A DNA stretch of 64,000 nucleotides from Asterionella formosa (GCA_002256025.1 NKIB01012640.1:1-64000); one strand, 5' to 3'; shown: positions 1 to 13,569, counted from the first letter of the stretch. Notes: a model not told the origin generated them from the sequence alone. Numbers and translations: made by a program.

Positions 1-548
1 GGCTGGTTGTTGAGGATACCGGTATGTGATATGCATCAATCCATATCACAAATCATATTATAGTGATGTACATATCAACGCATCCGTATACTTAGATCCT
101 ATCCACTGTATAATACTATCATATTAAGTGTTGACTTTAACTGTATACATTAAACGACAGACATATATATTAATTAACATACTTTATGATTGCTTGATTT
201 ATATTCTGTGATGTATCGATAACACTTGCGTACATATTTTATCGTATTTTATTGCCATTGTACTATTTTTACATGATCATATTTTGATCAAAATTATATC
301 ATATATATTTCATAAAATCATCAGAATTTTAGGATCAATGTATCATAGCTATGTGATGTACTTTATTCAATATTACATATCATACTTTGGTGATGTATGC
401 ATCGATGTAACCTTATCATGATATCACAGTATCATCTTGTCAATCATGATGAGATGATTGGGAAGCAACTGTATTCTGCATTGTGCTACAGGGTATATTA
501 TTATATCACGCAATTTAGTAGCGAAGTCACTCCGCCTGTAATGTACTA

Positions 549-1030
549 AAGTCGACAGTGCACATACCGGGTACCAGTACTCAAACGCTAATCAGGTTTG
601 AGGCAACGGACAGTGGTTCGAACGAGTGAATGATGATATGGTACCAATTTTTCCAATGAAAGAACTTGTCTCTCTATTGATGAGGATGACACGGACACGG
701 ACACCGACTTTTCCAGGAGCAAACAACAATGAAGAGACCCACTTGTCGCTCTATTGATGGTAACAAAGATGAGGACAAGTTCAACAGTGAATACAAGAAC
801 AACATACCATTGAAAACAAGTCGACAGTGTGTGCACGCACACGCCAAGCAAGTTTGAGGCAACGGACAATTCCAACAAGCAAATGACGATACAGATATCA
901 AATTCTTCCTACGAGCAAACAACAATGAAAAGAGCCACTTGCTTTCGCTCTCTTGCTTGTTGGTATCAAAGATGCGGACAAGTTCAATAGTTAATTCAAG
1001 TACAGTATACCAAATGCAGAAACGAGCGAG
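549..1030. repeat. Degenerate ~195-255 bp tandem duplication
   Basis: GAGCAAACAACAATGAA...CAAAGATG(A/C)GGACAAGTTCAA occurs at ~716 and ~911; AAGTCGACAGTG and GTTTGAGGCAACGGACA occur at ~549/597 and ~818/851. Confidence 0.7.
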
Positions 1031-1172
1031 CGATATAAAAATGAAATGCGTTCTAATCAGAATCATTCTATAACTATAGCTATGTGGACAGTAGTCTGTT
1101 ACGCACATTTTCGTATCTCCTTCTTTGCTGAATCTCAATAGTAGATGTTGTATCATGTGAGAATTGAAAATT

Positions 1173-1502
1173 TCAACGAGAACAAGTACCGGTAGAATCT
1201 ACTAAACTATCAAGGAATAAACCATTATCATAGTCATCGGCATCAAAACAAACTGTTTGAACGAAATCAATGGCTGCTGGCGATTGTTTCAGGAATTTTG
1301 CAAGGGGGTCTTGAGAGTGGTGTCGTCCATCTCTTGGAGAAGTCGCTACCATTGATGATGTCTGCGATGCTTGAATCTGAGATTGAATCATATCTTGTTG
1401 CCCACACGAGGGGCTGTGTCTGTGATGACCACGAATTGATTTAAAAGGACCTTTACCACAGAATTTACATTTGTCCTCGTCGTTATTGTCACACAGATCC
1501 AT
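1173..1502 (-). other. Short ORF or gene fragment with a C-x2-C...H...C zinc-finger-like motif, possibly the N-terminus of a transposon protein
   Basis: MDLCDNNDEDKCKFCGKGPFKSIRGHHRHSPSC; it lies in a repeat-rich block and no continuation was recognised. Confidence 0.3.
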
Positions 1503-1928
1503 GATATTTACTGTCGTTGTAGTGCTGTGTTGGCGAGAGAAAAATAAGAATAACCGGTAGCTAAAATAATGGACCTTGTTCGGCACATATTTGGCAAACA
1601 ATACTACCTGGTACCATCCTCATCAGTAGACATAATTCCACCAGTGTTGATTTTGATTAATAATAATCACGTAAAAAAATTGGGTTGCCTACCACTGGCT
1701 AGTAGTACAGTACATTTACCTAGTACCGGTAATAACCTACATAACATGAAAACTGGGAAGAGGGAGCTTTTTTACCGGTAAGTGTGAGTTCTTCATGTGA
1801 TGTGAACAACCGTAAAGCTTTGATCTCAGATGGATGACATTGGACACCACAAATATCCTTACTATTTCATTAAGTAAAATGCGTGTTGTGAATGTATTAG
1901 CCTCAAGAGCAGGATCTTATTTGAACTT

Positions 1929-2303
1929 TCAAATGAATTATTTGAAACATCAACTAATTCAGTCTTGCGTTCAAAATTCATTGTGAAAACTTCACATGAA
2001 ACAGTTAAAACTTCACATGAAACCGTTAAAAGTAACCTTTTTACGTGAAGAGTGGCATTAATGGATGTGAAGTACCACATAATTAACACTCGTACGTAAA
2101 CGAAATTTCGAAAAGTCAAATGAATTATTTGAAACATCAACTAATTCAGTCTTGCGTTCAAAATTCATTGTGAAAACTTCACATGAAGCAGTTAAAACTT
2201 CACATGAAACCGTTAAAAGTAATCTTTTTTACGTGAAGAGTGGCATTAATGCATGTGAAGTGCCACATAATTAACACTCATACGTAGACGAAATTTCGAA
2301 AAG
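1929..2303. repeat. Near-perfect 2-copy tandem repeat (~187 bp unit) containing an internal ~21 bp duplication
   Basis: Units start TCAAATGAATTATTT at 1929 and 2116 and end GAAATTTCGAAAAG; each contains AAAACTTCACATGAA twice. Confidence 0.92.
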
Positions 2304-2686
2304 TGGCGTATTTCGCGGCTTAGATGTTGTTTGTCCAACAAAATATGGACAATGCGACTACATGAATCACTCGAGAAGACAAGCAAGCCAACAAACATCC
2401 GCATCTGTTTGACAACAAATTGCTACTGGTGTCATCAATGAACTCATTTCGCTTCAGACTGGGCATGACGGACGATGATTGGCATGGAGAAAGATGAATT
2501 GCCGGAGTCCACTTTTCAGGTGACAAACAAAAACGAGGTGAATAATAGATATAATTGAATCAAATCTGTATAGTATTTAAAATGGTGTCATTAAGTGGAC
2601 CCCTTGCTAATTATAGCAATCCCAGGGCAGGAAAACTGAGGGGCAATTGGCATCAGTTGTCTTGCCAAAATGCATGCTAGCACATG

Positions 2687-2857
2687 AAATATGCAAAATA
2701 TATTTTAATTAATGATGGGCAATATTAGAGCTTTGGCAAGATTTTATGTGAAGATAGGAAATATACAAATATATTTCAATGATGGGCAATTTTCGACCTT
2801 TGGCAAGATTTTATGTTAAGATAGGAAATATACAAAATATATTTTATATGATGGGCT
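2687..2857. repeat. ~66-70 bp tandem repeat, ~2.5 copies
   Basis: Repeated AAATATA..ATGATGGGCAAT..CTTTGGCAAGATTTTATGT.AAGATAGG. Confidence 0.85.
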
Positions 2858-3208
2858 TTAGCTAGCAAGCTAAAAATGACATTTATGCTCAATGAGTGGG
2901 CAGGAGGTAAACAAATGGTGCGACGATAGCTAGTTTGTGAATTGCTTCTACTACACCCTTCTTGGTAGCTACTTGCCTTCTCACATAAATGTGTACTCGT
3001 CTGGGATTCTCGTTGGGTGACCTTCTCGTAGCGCCGGGGGTCCCACTCGTATGGTCAACCAACTCGCGACACACAGCCTCGGACATGCCGCTATGCATAC
3101 TCGCATGCAAGAGATCACCTCGGGCGTGTCCTGCCTTCTGCAATACTCGATCACGACTCCGGACATTCGGTCGACTTACAGAAGTATGTTCGTGGACCTG
3201 TAGTCGTA

Positions 3209-3248
3209 TACCGGTACCAGGTACCAGGTACCGGTACCGGTACCGGTA
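3209..3248. repeat. TA-spacer array (TA-CCGG-TA-CCAGG-TA-CCAGG-TA-CCGG-TA-CCGG-TA-CCGG-TA)
   Basis: Read directly; lies ~600 bp upstream of the 3855 gene. Confidence 0.9.
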
Positions 3249-3854
3249 GTACAGTTGGTTCGAATTGGTCGTCCCACGATCGAGGGAAACATAAAAAATC
3301 TACCCGGGTCGTACATAAAAGAAATTTACCAATATCGATCAGCATGCAATCGTACACCGATTTGCAAGCCAGCCAAAGCGCACATCAGCGACATGATTAC
3401 CGGTATTCGCTAAGTTTCTTTTAACGGTTTCAACGAAAATATTCCTTCACACCAAATACATATAGAAACCATTTCGAACAGCCCACTGGCATGTATACAT
3501 GAATATCTTCAGAAACGTGTATATTATATTGAATCGAGCGTGAATCGACATACCGGTAGACGTTGCCTGTTCCTACTGATGGATACTCAGGACTCCGGAG
3601 TACAGTAACCACTTTTGATCTTCTACGAGCTCGGAGTGTACGTTATATTTATTGGGAACAGTGGTGTCGTGTAAACATATATATATATATTAGGGCCGCA
3701 TGGCTGGGTAAATACGCCGGTAAGACATGCGTTCGGTGTTGAGTTGAGTTCCTCATCGAAATGACACACACAAAAAGCCCTCCAGAAAACAGAAAAGTCG
3801 GTTCTGTAATTCTATTCCCAAACTCATTGTCACACGAAATCGCAGAAGGTTATC

Positions 3855-4370
3855 ATGAGATTTTCTACCATTGTGATTTGCCTCGCGATTGCGAGTGAAA
3901 GCACGGCCACCCGCATTCCAGGGTCTCAGCTTCGCAGTCGTTCTCTTATTCAGACTCGCGAATTGGAAGAAGAGATTCCTGAAGATTATAATGCTGCAGA
4001 GGAATATGCTGCGATGATGCAAATGCAGGAGAAAGATGAAGCCGAAGATGAACAGGAGGATGTAGATACTGAAGGGGATGAAAATGAAAACGAAGGCCTG
4101 GGAGAAAATGAAAATGGGAATGAAGGTCCTGGAGAGGATGAAAAGCAGGGACCCGGAGAGGATGATTATTATGCGGAAGGCGATGACACCAAGGGCGAGG
4201 AAAGGCGCTTGGATGCCGTAGAAGAGGAAATCAATGATGATGACGCAGAAGTCTACGCCGAGATCAGTGGAGAAGTGGGAGGCACTGATGATGACGCAGA
4301 AGCCGTTGAGGAGATCGCTGTAGACGGGCTGGGCGACGATGAAGTTAGTGATGATGCCTCCAACGAGTAA
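3855..4370 (+). CDS. Secreted, highly acidic low-complexity protein (171 aa) with RXL motifs; silacidin-like architecture
   Basis: Signal peptide MRFSTIVICLAIASESTA; RSL, REL and RRL motifs precede D/E-rich segments; internal repeats GEDE/GENE and DDDAE; single exon. Confidence 0.75.
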   Translation: MRFSTIVICLAIASESTATRIPGSQLRSRSLIQTRELEEEIPEDYNAAEEYAAMMQMQEKDEAEDEQEDVDTEGDENENEGLGENENGNEGPGEDEKQGPGEDDYYAEGDDTKGEERRLDAVEEEINDDDAEVYAEISGEVGGTDDDAEAVEEIAVDGLGDDEVSDDASNE

Positions 4371-6826
4371 GGTGAGGAATCAGAATAGGCTGGGAACGAC
4401 GCTCTTCTATTTATGATTAAATGGAATGAATCAGAGCTTTACTGCAACTGCTGTACTGCACACAACATCATTGCAGCACTTCATGGCTCATAAGCTGTTG
4501 TGGTGGTCACTTCCTCGCGCAGATGCATATAAAATAATAATAAATCTTCAAAGTCTTGTCATTTCCAGGGAGTGGGAGTGATAGTGGCTTAGGTTGTTGG
4601 TGGGCCCGAGAAATGAAATTTGAGTTTCCCTGTTTTGTTTTGGTGTAGCTGCATGTGTGTCTTTTTGATAAGTTCTTACTATTGTCCTGTCTTTTGGTGA
4701 CATCTTTGTGTCCTCCATTGCAACTGGAAAGAAATGTGATACCTTTTATTTGTCCTGTTTTTGCCATATCTAATGAATGTTTCATGATAAACTTTATTCT
4801 TTCGAGGAATATTCCCTTTTACTTAGCTAACCTTGCCTTTGCTTTGACGTACTATGGATTACCAGGGCCTAGCTCTATTGTGAGAGGTAAAACATCTCAG
4901 AACAGCCTGGCACATGTTGGAACCTTTGTGGTGTAAAGCTATGAAGATTAAGTCAATGAAAAATGCACTGTTTTGTTGGAGCCAACACTTTTACATGGAA
5001 CCAATTCCATGTTAGTGCATGCTAACAGCATTTCGCAGCAATTTAAGAACGCTGTTGATTGGACTCCAAAAGACATGAATAACCGATGTACTAGGTTCAA
5101 CCTGCGAAAACAAAACAAGACAAAAACCAGACAATGTGATTCTAATTGTTTGTCATCAATATGATAAACCTTTGTATTCTATTGGCATTTCTCATTATCA
5201 ACAAATATAAATTGTTTCAACAACACACCATATGACTAGCTAAACATTATCCTACTATAATGTGAATTCCTTCATTGTCTCCCTGATCGACAGTGCCAGA
5301 CGTCAATACATATGTTATGTTGCTATCAGGAGGGTTAGAATTGTCTGAACCCAGGCTGTTCATGCCAGGAACAAGTGCCACGCAAGCTGCCCTGCTCCTA
5401 TCTCGAATGGAGGAGTAATAGTAAGGCGCTGTAAAAGTGAAGTTATTATATGAATTACTTCATTGTATATACATCATAACATGACATAATCTTCATCCTA
5501 ATGAAAATCACTTTCAAAATATATTGAAATAGATTATAATTTAACTGCGACTATAATTAGACACGATTTATAAAGTTGTTTCTATATTTGTGTCACTGCT
5601 TGATGTCTGGTCCTCTTCCCATCTACTCCAATTCTGAATCTCATCTCAATGCTTGCTGTCTCTTCTCCTTACCTGTTACTCTCCGACTGTGAATTCACCC
5701 ACTTTTCCGTTGTTTGATCCGCTTTTTTGTCTGTATCGCTCACACTAACAGTGAGAAGGAGTTACTCATTAGTTATAGTTTGTTTACACCACAACATAAA
5801 GTTTCATTCTACATGCACTTACCAGAATTAGATGTAGATTTTCAAATAATTCTATAAAAAATGAGTCAGCCGAATGTGTCTTAAGTTTCTATCAATAAAT
5901 CGTTCCAACACTGCTGTCTATTACTTACAAGTACTGTGGTTTATTTACCATTTTCAAGAAAGAAGCAACACGCATCTATCAGTTATGTTTTAACAGTTAC
6001 AAAATGTTCCATTTTGTATGTTTACCAATGATAGCACCAATTATCATTTTTCTTCTTTCCACATTGGTGGTTTCCCACTGAATGCAAAGTGAACTTTTGA
6101 TCACATGAGAAGAAAGCAGTCATTTAGTCTTTTTCAAACCAACAATCGATCATCCTGGCTTTGTCCCCCCATAGCTAGATTCCGTTGTTCACCTTTAATC
6201 CTTTAAAGTCGCAAGGTTTATCATTGTGTTGTAGCGTCACTTCAGTTTTCCTTGTCATGTGTTCTTGTGATCTTTCATTTCAGGAAGTGTAGTATGCATG
6301 AAAAGGAACATTTAAACATGATTTCAAATGTATTAGCCATGTAGTAAACATTTATTGAAATTTGCAAATGTAAAAATATATATTTATACAGTTGAAAGGG
6401 AATGGCTTAGCTAGCTGATTGAGTTTGTTGCCTTTGATCTGAAGTTGGTGTGTGGTTCGATTCATGCAATCTTGTTTTTGAGAAGCATTTGTTGGGTTCT
6501 GACGACTCACACCCTCTTTACCATCCCACATGGTTTTGCCTGCTGGTGTGCAATGACAGTACTCAAAACTGGCTTGACTCCTTATTGGTTATTGGAATTA
6601 GAAACAGCAAATCATCAGACTAACAAATTAGAAGTCAGGGAAAAAAGTACTCAAAATTTGGGGTGGAAATCAAGACAGGTGCTTTTGTTATTAGCTCGAG
6701 CAAAGTACAGCTGCAACTTATCAAGCCATGGCGAGGATCCTTCCCATGCGCTCCAAATACACAGTAGTTTTTGTGGGCTATCAAGCATTAAACAACTTTG
6801 TGGTAAGTCAAGATCATTAGGGAATC

Positions 6827-7750
6827 ATGGAGTACTATATTCAACAAAAATGGCCTACAACAAATTTGCAAACAAAGCAAATGACAGGGTTTGCAGAAAT
6901 TGATACCAGCAAGCTACAGAACAAAGGCAAGAAGACCACTACCATTCCTCACTTCATGTTAGAGTCAGTTGATGTGACAGGAAACTGCATGATATGCGAT
7001 GCTGATTATACTCCCAGTGGTATTCCAGTTATACTGTTTCCAATTGCCAATGAAGTTGCTTGCAGCTTTAAAAAGAGCGAAAGAGTTTAATGAAGTAATT
7101 CTGCAAAAATATATTGGTGAGATTCCTCCAACCTACTCAATGAAACAGGTCCTGCTGAGTGGAGAAACTTTAGAGGAAGACAAGAAGCAAGTAATTGCCT
7201 TTCTGTAACGCTTCAAACACCATCAGGCTATTCCAGAGGCACTTGCGGACACACCTTCACCTGGGCAGTTCTCTAAAACGGGATCTGGGGGAATCGCAGG
7301 GAATGAAAGCAAAGGTTGAATATCTCATTATCCCAAGTCACGTTAGCAACTGATGCTCTCACTCAAGAGACAGATGAAAAATCCGAGATCATTATGCAAC
7401 GGTGCTTGAAAGAAGTGTCTGAACTTCAGACCAAGCAGCAATTACAGGCAATAGTATCAGTGAACGCCAAACTGGGCTTTATCGAAAGAATAGTTGATGA
7501 GTTAATGGGGTATCAAGTGACGGCAGCAGGCACACAAAGGGTTTTCAACACAATCAATGATTTCGACGCTCTCCAGGCAGAAGTAACAACCTCGCTGCAT
7601 AAACAGCAATGGGGATTCAGATGGAAAAGTAGGCAAGATGGTGCAAGCATTAGGAGAGGGATCCACGTAACAGCTACATAACAGCCGAAAAAATAAATTA
7701 TTGGAGGATGTAGAGGACACTGAACAGAAATCACCATCAATCAAGAAGCT
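6827..7750 (+). pseudogene. Frameshifted, stop-riddled ORF remnant, probably transposon-derived (family not identified)
   Basis: Consecutive + strand ORF pieces (6827-7090, 6999-7208, 7316-7681) read as one helical protein broken by frameshifts, in a block that looks CpG-poor. Confidence 0.35.
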
Positions 7751-8574
7751 GCTCTGCTAGTGGAAACAATTCAGCAACCAACACAGGTAAACACACACAG
7801 CTGTCTATGGTGACACACTCCTGCCTGATATTTCATCAACGCCAATTTGCTAGCTCATTATGATTTGGATGCTAGCATCATCATAAAGATGTATGCACAA
7901 CAGCACCTTATCTGCTTTCGGGATTCTCATCTATTCTAGCATCCTCTCCCTGGGAATTACAAGACATTCTTTTCTAGAGAAGGCCAAGTTCCTTCTGAAG
8001 GATTCCATCAAACAGGCACAGAGCGGTCAGACTTCTCTGCACAAATTTTATTCCAGTATTTCTAGGAATCAATGGAGATCTGTCAATCCTCAGTGTGGCC
8101 ATCAAGGCCACAAACAGCACAACCCAAAATTTCCTCTTTCTTCGCCCATTTCTCAAGAATGTAGTGAGAGACTGGCTGAGGACCCTGCAGCATCACAGCA
8201 CATCTTTTGCACCACTTTGATCCTACTCTCATTAGAGAGAGTGTACTTCACATATGTTTTGTTGATATCTGGAGGGCGCAGGTTTTTCTCTGCCCAGGCT
8301 GGTCATCCCACCAGGAAGCGCTCCGCAGGCTCCCCTACTAACCTAGAGTAGTCTTAAGGCACTTTATAAATGAAGTTAATAATTAAAAGACATGATATAA
8401 TCTGAATGATGATAGTTAGTAAAGGGAAGTGAAAACACGGTATGAACAACTGCATTGCAAATCAGGAAAAACCCAATTGTTGCGGGACACATAAAAAACT
8501 TTTACCAAATGTTAAATTCTACTACTAATGTGTGCTACATAATCAAAATCATACCCTGTTGGTTTTCTGCTGGC

Positions 8575-9365
8575 TGGTACCTGATACCTGGTACGAGGTA
8601 GCAGTTGGCTGCCCGGTATAAATCCATAGGTTGTTCAACATATGTATTGGTCATACATATTTTCACCATACTGTGCCTGTTCACTATTGAATGACTTTGC
8701 TTACCTGGGGCACGGGGTAATAATCTCTGCTAATAGTGCACATTTATTATATGTACAGTACTGGTATATCGTCCACATACCGGTATGATACAAAAAATAT
8801 ACGGGTAGATGTATACAAAGTGTGGAAATATACCCGGTATCCACTTTCATCCTGCTTTTATACGAACATATTTTATTTTGATTTTTTAAATTCTAAAATA
8901 TATAATACCGGTACTCCGACCACCGTAGACTATCGGTACCGGTAGATGCAGTAAAGAAGCAAACAACAAAGGGGAAATGGCATGTTTGAATTCGACCACT
9001 TACCGTTACAGTAGCCGGCCTGTGCTCGAAATTGTATCGAAAGCCGGAAAATTCAATATTTGAATATTATTGAAATAAATTTCCATCATACTACCTGATA
9101 CCTGGTATCTGGTACCTGGTCCAAATATGCGATGATATACCCAGATATCCGTTTTCAGGATCATACCTGTAATAGTTAGCAGTACTCATATATATACCAG
9201 TATATATATCGCGGAATAGAAAAACAAAGCTAAACCTAATGTGGAATCGAGGCTTTACTTTTTGTAGTACGGGTTCTACTATTTATAGTATATAGGCGAC
9301 TATACTGCACCAGTACCTGGTTGGTACTACGTACCAGTACCCCCTGGTCCCTGTTACCTGGTAAT
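8575..9365. repeat. Dispersed TA-spacer units (TACCTGGTA, TACCGGTA, TACCAGTA, TACTGGTA) upstream of the TBC gene
   Basis: Clusters at ~8575-8595, 8755-8945, 9090-9120 and 9305-9365. Confidence 0.8.
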
Positions 9366-9428
9366 TCTATTGGAGAAAGAAACGACATCAAAATAGTTGA
9401 CAGCCCTCTTGCCCAGCATTTGTTCACC

Positions 9429-12400
9429 ATGACGACTACTATGTCACCTTCGATGATTCAGCTTTCCAAGAAGGCCAAAGAGATTTCTTTGGTGTTGTCC
9501 GCCCCAGAAATTGATCTTTGGAAGCTTCGGGAGCTCGCGTTGACAGAAGGAGGACTAGTTAATGGTATGTTCGGATGTCGCCAAGTCACTTATCGTCACT
9601 ATGAACGAACAGTTTTCGAAGCCTGCATTCTTACTCTGTAGTTCTCTCGTATTTTCTCTCTATCAGATTCTATTCGCAAGCAAGCCTGGCCAAAACTCGT
9701 CGGTTTGAATTGTCTCTATGGAACAGGAAAGGCGAAGGATTCCACCGTGCCTACAAGGGGTCGACCAGGTCTTCCAAGGCCCAATCCTACTCTTGTCGGG
9801 CGGAATCTTCCGCCAAGAGCCCAACAACCAGCGTCGGATGGAGCATCGATTGACTCCACTACCAATTCAGAGTAAGAGTAAATGGGGAATGGAGCTGTTC
9901 GCCTTGCCACATACTGACCTTTCCACTTCTTTGTTGTGTCTGCAGATTTCCACGCAGCAAAGCTGCTAAAGTGGTCCCAGCTTCTGATGATGCTGCACAA
10001 ATTGATCGTGACGTTGCTAGGTGCACATGGCACCTGTTGACAGGATCACAACGCTCCCGTCGCCTCCAAATGAAGAATAAGCGCCGAAGGAAGATGGCTG
10101 CCTTGATCAAGAAGAAACAGAAGCGACTGGGAAATCTCATCAATCTCACATTGCTACAAACGTACGAAGAAAGCGACCATGATAAACTGAAATATTACCA
10201 AGGCTACCACGACATTGCCAGTATATTTCTGAGCGCATTGGGTGGTGGTGGGCAACCGCTTTCGTCTGACGATGATGCAAACTCGCCTCTGTCGATCGCT
10301 GGTTCCATAGGGCTGGACTTATCTTGTCGTGTCCTCTCGCAGATTTCCCGGTCGCACTTTCGAGATGCGATGAAACCCAATTTCTTAGATCTGCAAACTG
10401 CAGTCAAGCTTACCTTATTCCCATTGATTAGCGCGTTCGACACTGAAGTCCACGATCATTTATGGCAATGTGACATGGCACCATTTTTCTGCCTTTCTTG
10501 GATTATCACATGGTTTGCTCATGACGTGAGAGACACCGCGCTGGTGACGCGCTTGTTCGATGCATTTCTGGTGTCGCATCCCCTGTTGCCAATATATATG
10601 GCGGTTGCGATGATTTGCCATCCACAGAATCGAGTAGAGATCTTGAACACGGAATGCGACTTTGCCGAACTCCATCAAACTCTGACAGCACTGCCGAAGA
10701 ACTCAAGTATGGTGGGCTGGAAGTATCGGTCCGGAGATGGATATGTTTCAGGAGAAGAGGAAGTCGAAGACGGAACTGCCTCTGTCACAGCCTCAACTGA
10801 AATGGACGTTTCGTTCCAGGATGACGACTTGATAGAGGGAAGGGACGACGAGCAGTCGGATACTCAATCCATGATATCACATTTTGCCAACTTAGGAAAG
10901 GAAGTGAGAGTCCCTTTCCAAGAGCTGATTGACAGCGCCATTTCCTACATGAGAAGAATTCCACCCCGAAAACTGCTTGGATTAGCAAGACGTTACTATG
11001 AAGAGGAAGCATTACTACCGATGGAGACTCGTGCCCAGGACATTTCACTCCTACAGTTGCCCCCTCAATGGGCCATCGTTGCCACTGCGCCCGCTAATTG
11101 GGTTTTGAAGAAGGAAATGCGGGAACGTGCAGGTAGGGTTTCCACCAGGCGCGATCGTCGTTCTAGAAGTCGGAGCTCGTCAAGGGCTCGAGTTAAAATC
11201 AACGGTGAACCCGCGACACAGGAACCAGATGGTCCACACGGCCAAAAATACACTGGTAAGGAAGGCGATATTGCAAATTACTTGAAAGAGCAACAAATGT
11301 CTTTGGCAGTAATTGCTTGTGGCTTTGGTCCTTGCGAAGATGAAGAGTTGCGACCTCGTCGACGAAGGCTACGTAAGATTTTGATTTGGGGTGGTATTGC
11401 GATTGCCGTGGTTGCCATATCAATCGTTCTAGTGACGAAATATGGTATTTTGTCTAAACGAGAAAACACTCAATTCCAACGAGAAATTCTCGAAAGCGAC
11501 AGCAAGGCGACATCCATAGCTGATACAACCCGCAATGATTCTGCTTCGGACAATGCGACCTTGGCGTCGGGATCAACTCCTGCCACTGAGCAAGTTTCAA
11601 TCATGGCAGATGGAGCCACTTCGATCGTGCAATCATCGAAAACCGGAGAAGTTACGAAGAATATAGATGATCGACCGTCGGAGACCTTGGAGATTGTGCC
11701 ATTGACGAATGTGAAATCAACCGGATCGTCAAAGACCAACACGAGCAGATATAGAGGCTCCCCGAACATCGTTTCGTCGGCGAATCCCGAGGATGTCAAC
11801 ATAGGTATGACAAGCGTGACCAAGAAAGTTGTCATGAAAGCAAAGGCAACTCTCAAGTCCGCACTAAAAACAAGGTCAACTCCCTCGTCCGTCCGTGGGG
11901 CTGCAAATGCAGTATCGAATACGACGGCAAATGCGAAGTCAAATTCACCTTCAATGCTTAAGTCTTCCCTGGCTACTAGTGAGTCATCACTTATGCCAGA
12001 ATTTGTTGCGATGCAGGCCCAGAAAGTGTCAACCATCAACCCATCGATACAAGATATTTCGAGCACAATCAAAGTTGTCATGGCCAAGGATTGGGCTGAA
12101 TCAGATCCTGCAAGAGTCTCCATGAAAATTATTGTCAATGACATGTCAGACATTGTTGACATGACACAGCAGATTAACTCGAATGGACATCGTAGTAAGG
12201 GCTCGATGCAAAAGTCGGTAGCCACGTCTACAGATGTGGTTTCAAAATCGGCAATGCAAGTCGTCGGCAAAGTCATTCGCGAGCATGGCGGATTGCCTTC
12301 AATTTTCATGTTGAGTAATTCAGTGGTGGCGAAGACTGCGAACAACATCATTGGTAGCATCGTTAAAGAAGCCCGCGAAATATTACGAGACATTGACCCT

Positions 12401-12760
12401 GAGGGCTTGACTCCCGTTTATAAGTTAAGCGAAACAGCAGCGGCGAAAACGGCAACCAAAATAGTCGGGAGTATCGTTCGAGATGCGCACGAGGCTTTTC
12501 AAGACACTGAGTCTGAAGCTTTGGCTTCACTTTACCAGCTAAGTGATACAGTAGCAGCGGAAACGGCAAACAAATTATTTGGGAGCATCATTCGAGAAGC
12601 GCGCGAAACTTTTCGAGACACTGAGCCAGAGGCTGTGGCGTCACTATACACAAAATTGAGTGACACACCAGCTGCGAAAACGGCAAACAAAGTCGTAGGG
12701 GGTATCATTCGAGGGGCGCGTGAAGCCTTTCGCGACACAGAGTTACTTAGCAACCTATAG
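9429..12760 (+). CDS. TBC1D20: TBC-domain Rab GTPase-activating protein (TBC1D20/Gyp8-like), 3 exons: 9429-9564, 9667-9871, 9946-12760
   Basis: GT-AG splicing reconstitutes LRELALTEGGLVN-DSIRKQAWPKLVG. Arginine-finger region QIDRDVAR, glutamine finger YYQGYHD, LSWIITWFAHD and RLFDAFLVSHP are present; TM helix ILIWGGIAIAVVAISIVLV. Confidence 0.88.
12311..12750 (+). repeat. Four coding tandem repeats of 38-39 aa at the TBC protein C-terminus
   Basis: LS.T.AA.TANK..G.I.R.A.E.F.D..PE units start at ~12311, 12425, 12539 and 12656 (114/114/117 nt spacing). Confidence 0.85.
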
Positions 12761-13569
12761 TATTGCCCAGCACTTCGCATTTTTGTTCATTCTCCAAGGA
12801 GAAAGACCTTTCTCTACTGTCCTTTTCGAAAGCAAAAAATTTGAAAGCGGAGCGATGTCAAATGCAGGTTTTCTAGTGGTTCAAAATGAATAAACGTCAT
12901 CTTGAAAATTGTACGCACAAAATGGCTAACGGGACCATGAGAAGTTGCTATCGTCGGCCTTACCTTGCAAAGCACTCCACTGCTCGGTTTAGCGGTAGAC
13001 GATCAATCAAAGTTGATAACATGTATGGCTGCCAAGCTTAGAAGGAATCAATTTTTTTGAATCAATGACAGCATACAAATAGATATCTACTGTGCATTGT
13101 TGTAGAGTGAATGACAATCACATTATCCGGGCAACAATCCCTAAAATGTTTTGACAACATTCATTATGATCTTGGCGTACGTTGTATCACATGCTGCTAT
13201 AACGGGGCAAAAGGTCGTCACCAGCGTTATATACGAGAAAAGGACGGACGGCTTGAATAGCTGTCGATTGAGATGGCATCTGCTATGCAAATTACCAGGT
13301 TCTATAGGAACTGGTACCAGTACCAAGGTACCTATTAGGTAGATGGTGTGGACCAGGATGCATCATGTACATTGTAGTGGGCAAAAAATGGTAGTTACCA
13401 ATGTCAGTCGAGGAAATCAAGTAGAAGTGACTTGACCAAACTAGCATTCTGACTAATTTTGGATTTGACCTTCTGGTTCACCCCTCTGTGTAGCAGTTCC
13501 TTACGATCTAGTATTATTTGTTGTTCATCCATTTATACATATTTTTTAAATTATTATAAATGATATCAA

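Noticed and set aside
2990..3200. GC/CpG-rich segment with overlapping short ORFs
   Set aside because: No recognisable motif, start context or RNA structure.
11470..12393. 307-aa antisense ORF (and similar antisense ORFs at 32991-33620, 55539-56123)
   Set aside because: Shadow frames of well-supported genes on the opposite strand.
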